DNA of 61,706 bases from Candidatus Amesbacteria bacterium GW2011_GWC2_45_19. Lineage in GTDB: Bacteria; Patescibacteriota; Microgenomatia; CAZETR01; Amesbacteraceae. The stretch lies in the NCBI GenBank assembly GCA_001001555.1, contig LCKS01000001.1, positions 18,360 to 80,065 on the forward strand, written 5' to 3'. This document shows, piece after piece, positions 1 to 7,624 of the stretch (position 1 is its first letter; each line of letters begins with the position of its first letter). The notes under the pieces are model-generated. The model searched no databases. It was not told the DNA's origin and was given only the letters and a program-made list of their open reading frames with translations. Made by a program: the position numbers and the translations under genes.

Positions 1-121
1 TCTCATCTAGCTTTACATAAAACCACTGTCCTGGAACATATTTCATTTCTTGCTCCGGTTGTAACCTGAACGACTTTATATCTTTTGCTTCATCGACAAT
101 CTCTATAATTCTAGCTATCAT
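1..121 (-). CDS. 5' end of an FNR-like FAD-binding oxidoreductase (partial, runs off the window)
   Basis: Reverse-strand ATG at 121. It reads MIARIIEIVDEAKDIKSFRLQPEQEMKYVPGQWFYVKLDE..., which resembles the FAD-binding barrel start (..F.L....PGQ(F/W)..V) of ferredoxin-reductase-type proteins. Only about 40 codons are visible. Confidence 0.3.
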   Translation of the reverse strand, partial: MIARIIEIVDEAKDIKSFRLQPEQEMKYVPGQWFYVKLDE

Positions 122-163
122 GATTATGATTTTACTATGAACTGCGAACGGAGGTGAGCTTTT

Positions 164-328
164 ATGTGTTACAACTGCGGGTGTGAGTTGCCCCATGGCG
201 ATATGGGCCATCCTCAAAATATTACCGATAAAACTTTCGAAGAGGCGGCCAAAGCCATGGATCAAAGCGTGGAAGAAGCCAAAAAGGAAACTCTCAAACT
301 TCTGCAAAAACAATTAGGAGAAAAATAA
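164..328 (+). CDS. small (54 aa) Cys/His-rich protein, absent from the ORF track because it is under 60 aa
   Basis: GGAGGTG Shine-Dalgarno 6 nt upstream of the ATG at 164. Translation: MCYNCGCELPHGDMGHPQNITDKTFEEAAKAMDQSVEEAKKETLKLLQKQLGEK, stop TAA 326-328. It has an N-terminal C-x2-C-x-C-x3-H-x3-G-H cluster followed by an amphipathic helix. Confidence 0.55.
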   Translation: MCYNCGCELPHGDMGHPQNITDKTFEEAAKAMDQSVEEAKKETLKLLQKQLGEK

Positions 329-395
329 CAAACGTTGTGTTAATCCGCTTTTTCCGCGGCCGTGAAGAAATGGGATTAACTGGTAGTGTAAATTG

Positions 396-986
396 TTAAA
401 ATAGGCTGGATTGTTTGGCGGCTGCTGCCTCTTTCGGGTACGAGAAATCTACTTCCACCCGCCGGGCATTGTTCCATTTGTCAGTAAACTTTAGAAACCT
501 ATTTTTAATAGCGAAGTCATAAATATCCCGGGTAATTGCCACATCCGCCTCGCAGTATTTTTGCAAAAGTGCTAAGCTCTCCGGATCGCCTTTTTTAAAA
601 TACATTACCGCATTGGCCCCGGAATCAATTTTTTCCGTACCCAAAGTGTCTCTGGCAATGGCATTCAAAGAAGCTCCCCGTCCGCTATTCACAAGCTTGA
701 TTCTCTCCAAAATATCAAAGTGGGGCAGACTGGCAAAATCTGCTGGGGCGTATGGTTTCATGGCCGGGATATCAAATCCCAACGTATTAAAGCCGATTAT
801 CCGGTCCGCATCCCGGAATAGTTTCCACATTTGATCGAAATCTTTTTCCCAAAAGCTGTGCATCCGGGACTCTTTTTCATTTCTCCAATACACTGACACG
901 ATAGACACTCCCAATTTTCCCGGATCGTTGCCGCTGGTTTCATCAAACCAACTCTTAGTCTCCGCGTCCCAGAACACTTCAAACAT
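396..986 (-). CDS. RNase H-fold 3'-5' exonuclease-like protein (YprB/PolB-exo-like)
   Basis: 196-aa ORF. The pattern of acidic motifs (VSIVSVY.., IIGFNTLGFDIP, YCEADVAITRDIY) is typical of ribonuclease H-like domain exonucleases. Confidence 0.55.
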   Translation of the reverse strand: MFEVFWDAETKSWFDETSGNDPGKLGVSIVSVYWRNEKESRMHSFWEKDFDQMWKLFRDADRIIGFNTLGFDIPAMKPYAPADFASLPHFDILERIKLVNSGRGASLNAIARDTLGTEKIDSGANAVMYFKKGDPESLALLQKYCEADVAITRDIYDFAIKNRFLKFTDKWNNARRVEVDFSYPKEAAAAKQSSLF

Positions 987-1004
987 GACCCAATTGTAAT
1001 ATAA

Positions 1005-1145
1005 TCAAAGTGCTGCGTTGATCTTTCCTTTGTCAAATCCGAGAATGTTCACCGTCGTTCCGTCGTCTTTGACGATATGTGTGCAGGGAGCCAGAAAGGT
1101 GAAGATGCCGGCGATAAAAGCCGGAATAATAAGCGATAAATCCAT
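1005..1145 (-). pseudogene. CcdA N-terminal remnant (46 codons) joined to a thioredoxin-like C-terminal tail
   Basis: Reverse-strand ATG at 1145. MDLSLIIPAFIAGIFTFLAPC matches the first TM helix and active-site Cys of CcdA. It then continues THIVKDDGTTVNILGFDKGKINAAL*, which looks like the end of a TlpA/thioredoxin fold. It lies directly downstream of dsbA-like. Confidence 0.4.
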
Positions 1146-1201
1146 AATCAATTTATAATTTTTTTAACCCGCTCATCGTTTCCGGCATTGAAGATTTTAT
1201 T

Positions 1202-1933
1202 TTAGTAACTTGCGCTAAGGAAGGCATCAATGGCCGTTTTGAATTGATCAAATGGTAACGCTCCCGGGATAAGTTTGGTCTGGCCGGTTTTGGTGTCCAA
1301 CAATATGTTGCCGGGAGTACCGGTCACTCCCGCCTGGCTACCGGCAGCGATATCATCAGCAACATGTTTGGTATATTTTCCACTGTCGAGACAATTCTTG
1401 AAACTGTTTTCGTTTAGCCCGATTTCTTTAGCCAGTGGAACCAATTTATCCAGGGCAAACCCGGTGCCGTTTGAAGTGGTGCGCTCAAAGAGAGCATCGG
1501 CGTATTTCCAAAAGGCATCATTGCCTCCCAATTCATTGGCACATTCAGTCGCTTCCGCCTCTTTTTGGGCATTGGCATGAAAAGAAAGCGGGAAATGCCT
1601 GAATACCCAAGCAACTTGTCCATTGTACGTATCTACTATTTTTTGGGCGGTGGAGTGAAAAGATTTGCAGAACGGGCATTCGAGATCCGAATACTCGATC
1701 AAAAGCACCCGGGCATTTCTGTCTCCCCGCACATGATCCTCTTCCTTTAGCTTTTCCACTCCATCAGCATTTCCAAACCCCTGTGGGGCATTATTGTTAA
1801 CATTGGCGGGTTGAGAAGTTGTTTTTGATACGCCTTTTTCTAAAAACTGAACTTTTGTAAAGAGCGATCCGATAAAGAACGAAGCGATAATGAGAATCAC
1901 TACTAAAACGGCGGTAAGGTTAAATTTAATCAT
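1202..1933 (-). CDS. DsbA-family thiol:disulfide oxidoreductase, membrane-anchored
   Basis: 243 aa. N-terminal TM helix and a thioredoxin fold with a CPFC active site (LIEYSDLECPFCKSFH). Confidence 0.8.
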   Translation of the reverse strand: MIKFNLTAVLVVILIIASFFIGSLFTKVQFLEKGVSKTTSQPANVNNNAPQGFGNADGVEKLKEEDHVRGDRNARVLLIEYSDLECPFCKSFHSTAQKIVDTYNGQVAWVFRHFPLSFHANAQKEAEATECANELGGNDAFWKYADALFERTTSNGTGFALDKLVPLAKEIGLNENSFKNCLDSGKYTKHVADDIAAGSQAGVTGTPGNILLDTKTGQTKLIPGALPFDQFKTAIDAFLSASY

Positions 1934-2010
1934 ATTAAGTAATTACGCAATTGTTAAAAGTATAGTGCCCCCTCTAAATGATTGTCAAGGGAATAGAGGT
2001 GGGATAAAGC

Positions 2011-2040
2011 TTGACGGATCCCCCCATGGGGGACTAACAT
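2011..2040 (+). promoter_or_regulatory. sigma70-type promoter with an embedded CsoR-type C-tract/G-tract dyad
   Basis: TTGACG (2011-2016), 18-nt spacer GATCCCCCCATGGGGGAC, TAACAT (2035-2040). The ATG of the next gene is at 2047, 6 nt after the -10. It is nearly identical to the site at 4846-4875. Confidence 0.6.
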
Positions 2041-2046
2041 AAACTG

Positions 2047-2871
2047 ATGAACCCTTTGATTGGCGCTTCGGTTGTCACCTCTTTTGTTGCCGGTGGCGCG
2101 GCCCTTTTTGCCCCCTGTTGTATCGGAGTCCTTTTGCCCACTTATTTAGGATCGGTATTCCGCCAGAGGACAATGGTGTTTTTTATGACTTTCGTTTATT
2201 TTTTAGGTTTGCTGACGGTGTTTTTACCGATTGGCCTGGGATTCTCGCTGGTGAGTGTAGTTTTGAGTCAATACCATAATCTCCTGTTTTCCATAGGAGC
2301 TGTTTTTATGATTTTGCTGGGTATTTTTCTGCTGGCCGGAAAGCATTTTTCCCTGCCCTCGCCTGTCCATCCGCAAGTATCTAAATACACCATCGCCTCT
2401 ATTTTTGTTTTGGGAATCTTTTCCGCTATTGCTACCACCTGTTGCGCTCCGGTTCTGGCCGGCGTACTGGCTGTTTCCACTCTGGCCGGCTCACTGACTT
2501 TGGGCGGACTATATACTCTAAGTTATGTTTTGGGAATGGTCTTTCCCCTGTTTTTGGTGGCGGCCTTTTTGGATAAGACTAATGTCATTAAAAAGCTGCG
2601 GATATTCCGCCACAGTTCCGGCTTGATTGCCGGACTGACCTTTGTTATTTTTGGCTCATACGTTCTCTACTTAAGCCTGACTAACCAATTACAGATGCGT
2701 TCGGATGCCCAATTCCGGGCTATTCTTTGGCTGGCCGGAGTTAATCGGACGGTGTCGGGTTTAATCAGTCCCGCGACCCAGGTCCTGGGGACAGTGCTGG
2801 TGGTGACGGCTACATTATTGATTATCTTCATTGCTATAAAGCAATTTCGGGAAGGGAGGTGGAAATTATGA
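2047..2871 (+). CDS. CcdA/DsbD-type transmembrane thiol-disulfide electron-transfer protein
   Basis: 274 aa, polytopic. Cys motifs lie in TM segments (LFAPCCIGVLLPTY, ATTCCAPVLAG). Confidence 0.55.
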   Translation: MNPLIGASVVTSFVAGGAALFAPCCIGVLLPTYLGSVFRQRTMVFFMTFVYFLGLLTVFLPIGLGFSLVSVVLSQYHNLLFSIGAVFMILLGIFLLAGKHFSLPSPVHPQVSKYTIASIFVLGIFSAIATTCCAPVLAGVLAVSTLAGSLTLGGLYTLSYVLGMVFPLFLVAAFLDKTNVIKKLRIFRHSSGLIAGLTFVIFGSYVLYLSLTNQLQMRSDAQFRAILWLAGVNRTVSGLISPATQVLGTVLVVTATLLIIFIAIKQFREGRWKL

Positions 2872-3476
2872 AAGCTCAAAATTGGGTACTTATCTTGATA
2901 GCTGGTGGTATTCTCATATCGCTGATTGTTCTTATTACCCGTTCTCCGGCCGCGCCGGTTACACCCGTGGATGACCATCATAAATCTCAACCCACCAATA
3001 ACGCGGTGTTTGAGAACTTGTTGAATAAACCGGCCCCGGATTTTTCTTTGGTGGACTACGATGGCCGGACTGTCAGCCTCAAATCTTTGCTTGGGAAAAA
3101 CGTCTTGCTGTTTTTTAACGAGGGCCTGATGTGCTACCCGGCCTGCTGGGATCAGATTGTGGCCTTTGGCAAAGACGCGAGCCTAAAACAAGCCGGTGTG
3201 ACAGTTCTAAACATTACGGTTGATCCCAAACCCCAGTGGGCAGAAGCAATTGCCAAAATGCCGGAATTGGCCACCGCCACCGTTATATTTGACCAGGACA
3301 AAAAAGTGTCCTCTGCCTACGGAGTCTTGACGCTCACCTCATCCATGCACCGGGGCCAGTTTCCGGGTCATTCATATGTTTTGATTGATAAAACCGGAGT
3401 GGTGAAGTTTGTGTGGGACGATCCGCAAATGGCCATCAGGAATTCCGAGTTATTGGCCAAAATTAACGGTTTGTAA
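2859..3476 (+). CDS. membrane-anchored redoxin (AhpC/TSA-TlpA-like thioredoxin fold)
   Basis: 205 aa. TM anchor, then FSLVDYDGRTVSLKSLLGKNVLLFFNEGLMCYPACWDQ (C-x3-C). It overlaps the upstream gene by 13 nt. Confidence 0.6.
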   Translation: MEIMKAQNWVLILIAGGILISLIVLITRSPAAPVTPVDDHHKSQPTNNAVFENLLNKPAPDFSLVDYDGRTVSLKSLLGKNVLLFFNEGLMCYPACWDQIVAFGKDASLKQAGVTVLNITVDPKPQWAEAIAKMPELATATVIFDQDKKVSSAYGVLTLTSSMHRGQFPGHSYVLIDKTGVVKFVWDDPQMAIRNSELLAKINGL

Positions 3477-3484
3477 AGTAGCGT

Positions 3485-4084
3485 ATGGAATACGGTTATG
3501 GTCAATGGATTTGGGTTGTTGCCATCGCTATTTTATTTCTTTATTTCTTGAAAGAAGTTTTTAAGCCGCAAACCCCAACCGATTGGACCACGTACCGGGG
3601 GATGGGGGCGTTTTTTGTGGCTCTGTTTGCCGAAATGTACGGGTTTCCTCTGACTATTTACATACTTACTTCACTTTTTGGACAGAAACTAGGACTGGAT
3701 TTTTCCCATAACTCTGGGCATATTTTGGAGAGTTTGCTGGGGTCAACCGGAGATCCGCATTTCAGCCTGTTTCACATCGTGGGAAATTTGCTGGTGGGAG
3801 CCGGTTTTATTTTGATCGCCGTTTCTTGGAAAATTTTGTACGCAGCAGTAAAGGCCAAAAAAATTTCCCGCACCGGCCCGTACAAGTATGTCCGACACCC
3901 GCAATACATCGGTTTTTCGTTAATTATTTTGGGATTTTTACTGCAATGGCCGACTATAATTACTTTAATCATGGCTCCTTTCTTGCTCTGGCGCTATGCC
4001 AAGCTAGCTAGAATCGAGGAAGGGGAAATGGTAAAAAAGTTCGGCCAGCAATATTTAGATTACAAATCGCAGACTTACTCATGA
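3485..4084 (+). CDS. isoprenylcysteine carboxyl methyltransferase (ICMT/PEMT) family membrane protein
   Basis: 199 aa. Carries TGPYKYVRHPQYIGFSLIILG and EEGEMVKKFGQQYLDY, the hallmark C-terminal motifs of the ICMT family. Confidence 0.7.
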   Translation: MEYGYGQWIWVVAIAILFLYFLKEVFKPQTPTDWTTYRGMGAFFVALFAEMYGFPLTIYILTSLFGQKLGLDFSHNSGHILESLLGSTGDPHFSLFHIVGNLLVGAGFILIAVSWKILYAAVKAKKISRTGPYKYVRHPQYIGFSLIILGFLLQWPTIITLIMAPFLLWRYAKLARIEEGEMVKKFGQQYLDYKSQTYS

Positions 4085-4782
4085 ATTTTGATTACGCTTA
4101 TCTTATTGCCAGTATTTTTTTACTCCTAATTTGGCTCTTTCTATATTGGCTTTGGCTAAAACCCCAATCCCGTCAGAAAATGCTTCTGGTGAGCTTAGTC
4201 ACCGCTCCGCTTGGGCTGACCGAGCCGTTTTTTGTGCCATCATACTGGTCGCCATTTACTCTTTTTAATTTAGCCGGGAAGACCGGATTTGATCTGGAAA
4301 GTGTTTTATTCTCTTTTGCCGTAGGCGGGGTGGCTGCTGTTTTATACGAAGCAATTTGGGGAGCAACCCGCAGGAAAGTTTCGGTCCACGAGCAGCATCA
4401 AGGCCGCCATCGCATTCACAAATTCGTCCTTATATCGCCGGTTATCTCGTTTTTGCCGCTGTATTTATTTACTCCTCTTAACCCGATTTATTCGTCTATT
4501 TTGGCCATGACAGTGGGAGCAGTGGCCACTTGGTACTGCCGGCCAGATCTTGTCCGGGCCATGCTGGTAGGGAGTGTTTTGTTTCTCGCTCTATATTTCG
4601 TAGTGTTTTTGATAAGTTTTGTCTGGCTATTTCCCGGGTATGTCCCGGCGATTTGGAATTTACCCGCCATATCAGGAATTTTGGTGGCTGGCGTCCCGGT
4701 GGAGGAGTTATTATTTGCGGCCTCCCTGGGCGCGATGTGGAGTAGCGTCTATGAGCATTTCGGGTGGTACCGATTTTCATAA
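4081..4782 (+). CDS. polytopic membrane protein with a lycopene-cyclase-type domain
   Basis: 233 aa. ATGA overlap with the upstream gene. The C-terminal GVPVEELLFAASLG resembles the PxEE(x)2F motif of CrtYc/d lycopene cyclase domains. Confidence 0.4.
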   Translation: MNFDYAYLIASIFLLLIWLFLYWLWLKPQSRQKMLLVSLVTAPLGLTEPFFVPSYWSPFTLFNLAGKTGFDLESVLFSFAVGGVAAVLYEAIWGATRRKVSVHEQHQGRHRIHKFVLISPVISFLPLYLFTPLNPIYSSILAMTVGAVATWYCRPDLVRAMLVGSVLFLALYFVVFLISFVWLFPGYVPAIWNLPAISGILVAGVPVEELLFAASLGAMWSSVYEHFGWYRFS

Positions 4783-4845
4783 ACACTTATGAATAGCGCA
4801 ATTATAAAGGGCATAACGGCCGCACTAATTAAAAAAAATTAAAGC

Positions 4846-4875
4846 TTGACCGATCCCTCCAGGGGGGATTAGAAT
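4846..4875 (+). promoter_or_regulatory. sigma70-type promoter with an embedded CsoR-type dyad (autoregulatory site of csoR)
   Basis: TTGACC (4846-4851), 18-nt spacer GATCCCTCCAGGGGGGAT, TAGAAT (4870-4875). ATG at 4882, 6 nt after the -10. The geometry is the same as at 2011-2040. Confidence 0.65.
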
Positions 4876-4881
4876 GGTCCT

Positions 4882-5130
4882 ATGTATGGGGATACTATTC
4901 ACAGGCTAAAAATTGCCAAAGGACATCTGGACAAAGTTATCCGTATGGTCCAGAATGGTGATTACTGCATAGATATCTTGACGCAGTCCCAGGCCGTTCA
5001 GGCCGCTTTAAAAAAGGTGGACGCCATAATTTTAGAGAATCATCTTAAAACTTGTGTCACCGACGCCGTACGCGGCGATAAAAAAGACCAGGCCATAGCC
5101 GAAGTTATCAAAGTGTTTAAGAAAAAATAA
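4882..5130 (+). CDS. csoR: CsoR/RcnR-family (DUF156) metal-sensing repressor, Cu(I)-type ligand set
   Basis: 82 aa. RLKIAKGHLDKVIRMV...YCIDILTQSQAVQAALKKVDAIILENHLKTCV, with the C...H-x3-C ligand pattern of Cu(I)-sensing CsoR. Confidence 0.85.
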   Translation: MYGDTIHRLKIAKGHLDKVIRMVQNGDYCIDILTQSQAVQAALKKVDAIILENHLKTCVTDAVRGDKKDQAIAEVIKVFKKK

Positions 5131-5624
5131 TGAGTTCCAAAGTTATTATCATCGGAGCAATTGTTACACTTGCCCTGCTCTTCGGTGGGCTATTTTTCCT
5201 GTCCCGTCCCCAGCCTAAAGTTGCGGTCAATCCCCAGGCCACCGGCCAATTGACCGCCGGCGAGTCGTTTTATGATTTCGGTTCAGTTTCCATGGCCAAA
5301 GGCCTGGTCTCCCGCAAGTTTACTCTTACCAACTCTGGCACAGTTTCTGCCACCGTTACTAAAATGTTCACTTCTTGTATGTGTACCACAGCCAAATTAA
5401 CCTTCGCCGGCCAAAGCTGGGGCCCGGTTGGCATGCCCGGCCAAACCGCAATTCCCAATCTCGCAGTTCAGGTTGATCCCGGCCAAGAAGCCGTTGTTGA
5501 AGTTACATTTGATCCGAACGCCCATGGGCCAGCGGGGGTAGGGATCATTGAGCGCCAAGTGACTATTGAACTCAACGGCCAGTCTCCGCTACAGTTATCT
5601 TTTAAGGCCTCTGTCACACCATGA
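5130..5624 (+). CDS. DUF1573-domain exported protein
   Basis: 164 aa. TM/signal anchor, then FYDFGSVSMAKGLVSRKFTLTNSGTVSATVTKMFTSCMCT, the DUF1573 signature. Confidence 0.6.
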   Translation: MSSKVIIIGAIVTLALLFGGLFFLSRPQPKVAVNPQATGQLTAGESFYDFGSVSMAKGLVSRKFTLTNSGTVSATVTKMFTSCMCTTAKLTFAGQSWGPVGMPGQTAIPNLAVQVDPGQEAVVEVTFDPNAHGPAGVGIIERQVTIELNGQSPLQLSFKASVTP

Positions 5625-6403
5625 GCTCTAAACTCAAGACTCTAATTTTCGCCTCCTTGATTTTGCTTCTGGTATTTCTTTTCTTCCGCTTTACTCCTGG
5701 CGGCACTCAACTTCTCTGGACAATCAGCCGCAGCGGCCAGTGGCTCCTGCCGCTGGTTATCATTTCTTCTCTTATAGACAGTATCAATCCCTGCGCTTTT
5801 TCTATTTTGCTTCTGACTATCGCTTTTCTCTTTAGCTTGGGGAGGTCCCGTACCGAAATTTTCAAAATCGGCGGCATATATATCTTGGGAATTTTTGCCG
5901 TCTACATTCTTATTGGCTTAGGCCTGCTTCAGGTCATGCATTTATTCAACACTCCCCATTTTATGGCCAAAGTCGGCGCCTTTTTATTGCTGGGCTGGGG
6001 TGGCCTAAATCTTATCAACCAATTCTTCCCCAAATTCCCTATTAAGCTCAAAATTCCTGCTTTTGCCCATTCTCGCATTGCCGCTCTCATGCACCGGGCC
6101 ACTCTGCCTGCCGCTTTCGCCTTAGGGGTGGTGGTAGGTTTATGCGAGTTCCCTTGCACCGGCGGGCCATACCTCATGGTCTTGGGCCTGCTGCACGACC
6201 GGGGCACTTATACTTCGGGCCTGGGGTACCTTCTGCTCTATAACCTGATCTTTATTTCTCCTTTGGTGATTATTTTGGGTTTGGCTTCCCAGCCCGAACT
6301 GCACTCCGCCGTCAAGTCCTGGCGCCGGGCCAATTCCTCCCGTCTGGAGCTGGTGGGTAATCTCTTGCTAATTGCTCTGGGTTTAGTTATTCTGGCTTTA
6401 TGA
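5621..6403 (+). CDS. CcdA-like (DsbD_2 family) transmembrane thiol-disulfide protein
   Basis: 260 aa. IDSINPCAFSILL and LCEFPCTGGPYL motifs. ATGA overlap with the upstream gene. Confidence 0.6.
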   Translation: MSSKLKTLIFASLILLLVFLFFRFTPGGTQLLWTISRSGQWLLPLVIISSLIDSINPCAFSILLLTIAFLFSLGRSRTEIFKIGGIYILGIFAVYILIGLGLLQVMHLFNTPHFMAKVGAFLLLGWGGLNLINQFFPKFPIKLKIPAFAHSRIAALMHRATLPAAFALGVVVGLCEFPCTGGPYLMVLGLLHDRGTYTSGLGYLLLYNLIFISPLVIILGLASQPELHSAVKSWRRANSSRLELVGNLLLIALGLVILAL

Positions 6404-7302
6404 AAACCTGGTACATTCCCTTACTTCTGATTATCGCTGCCGGGTCATTTGTTATGGGAGCCTCTTATAATTTTGATTTTTCCGTGTCCCGCAAACCCTT
6501 TCTTTCCCGCTTTTTCTCTCTCAAACCGACTCCCGCTCCCGCCACCCCAGTAGTCGACCAAAATCAGGTTCTGCCCGAAGCGGGGGTAGTTCTACCCGTT
6601 GTCTGGAAAGATCTAGGGTTTCAGCTGACTAAACTGGGAGTTATCAACCGGACCAAATTCGACGAGATTTACGCTCAGCGGGGTGGCCTAGGCGCAGACG
6701 CCAAACTTCTGGAATCGGCGGACAACACTTCTATCCGGATTACTCCCCAAAACTCCAACCTGATTCTCAATTTACTGTGGGCTTTTGGTCTGGCAAATAA
6801 AAATTCAGCCCTTGATGCCGGCCCTATGGTGGATAAGCAATACGGCGGAGCGGGCAATTTTGCCTCTACCGGCGGCTGGACACTGGCCAAAGGTGACGCC
6901 ATGGCATATTATTCCAAATACAAGTTGGTTCCACTGACTGCCGAACAAGACGCACTGGTGGCCTCCGTTGCCAAAAATATCTACCGGCCCTGCTGCGACA
7001 ACTCCACTTACTTCCCGGACTGTAATCACGGCATGGCCATGCTGGGTCTGCTGCAGCTTCTGGCCGCCAACAACGTTTCCGAATCGGAGATGTACAAAAT
7101 CGCTCTGCAGGTCAACGCCTACTGGTTTCCGGATACTTACTTAACTCTGGCCAAATATTTCGCTACCCAAAACATTGCCTGGGATAAAGTTGATGCCAAA
7201 GAAGTTTTGGGAGCCGCTTATTCCAGCGCTTCCGGCTACCGTCAGATTCTTTCCCAAGTTCAGCCCGCCTCCGGCTCCGGCGGTGGGGGCTGCGGAGTAT
7301 GA
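6400..7302 (+). CDS. exported/anchored protein of unknown function with a Cys/His cluster
   Basis: 300 aa. N-terminal TM helix. Carries YRPCCDNSTYFPDCNHGMAMLG and a C-terminal SGSGGGGCGV. I do not recognise the family. Confidence 0.5.
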   Translation: MKTWYIPLLLIIAAGSFVMGASYNFDFSVSRKPFLSRFFSLKPTPAPATPVVDQNQVLPEAGVVLPVVWKDLGFQLTKLGVINRTKFDEIYAQRGGLGADAKLLESADNTSIRITPQNSNLILNLLWAFGLANKNSALDAGPMVDKQYGGAGNFASTGGWTLAKGDAMAYYSKYKLVPLTAEQDALVASVAKNIYRPCCDNSTYFPDCNHGMAMLGLLQLLAANNVSESEMYKIALQVNAYWFPDTYLTLAKYFATQNIAWDKVDAKEVLGAAYSSASGYRQILSQVQPASGSGGGGCGV

Positions 7303-7340
7303 CCATATTTGGATGATGAGGAATGGCGGGCTGTTTCCTG

Positions 7341-7370
7341 TTGACATTGAATACTCCCCGGGGGTATTAT
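7341..7370 (+). promoter_or_regulatory. consensus-like promoter with a textbook CsoR box
   Basis: TTGACA (7341-7346), 18-nt spacer containing ATACTCCCCGGGGGTAT (7351-7367), TATTAT (7365-7370). Confidence 0.7.
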
Positions 7371-7373
7371 GTA

Positions 7374-7614
7374 ATGAAAGGTATGAAAAAGAATTTGAAA
7401 AAAAGAGCAATTCACCGTCTAAAAATATTGGGAGGGCAAATCAGGGGCCTCCAGAAGATGATCGAGGAGGAAGAATATTGCGTTGCTATCCTGCAGGGAT
7501 TTAGTTTTGGAGAATCATCTGTCGACGCACGTTATTGAACAGATAAAAGCCGGTAAAGAATCAAAACCGATTGAAGAAATTTTGGCAATTTATAAGTTAG
7601 CCAAGAAGAAATAA
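7374..7614 (+). pseudogene. second CsoR/RcnR-family gene, disrupted by a short internal deletion plus frameshift
   Basis: Frame 0 reads MKGMKKNLKKRAIHRLKILGGQIRGLQKMIEEEEYCVAILQ and then runs into a stop at 7536. A different frame from about 7495 reads [39 protein letters not shown], stop 7612-7614. About 11-12 residues of helix 2 are missing relative to the csoR at 4882. Confidence 0.6.
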
Positions 7615-7624
7615 TCAATTTTTT

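Noticed and set aside
7175-7504. 109-aa ORF overlapping the end of the Cys-cluster gene and the second csoR.
   Set aside because: It is an alternate-frame read-through across a promoter/operator region, with Pro/Gly-rich nonsense-like sequence and no RBS.
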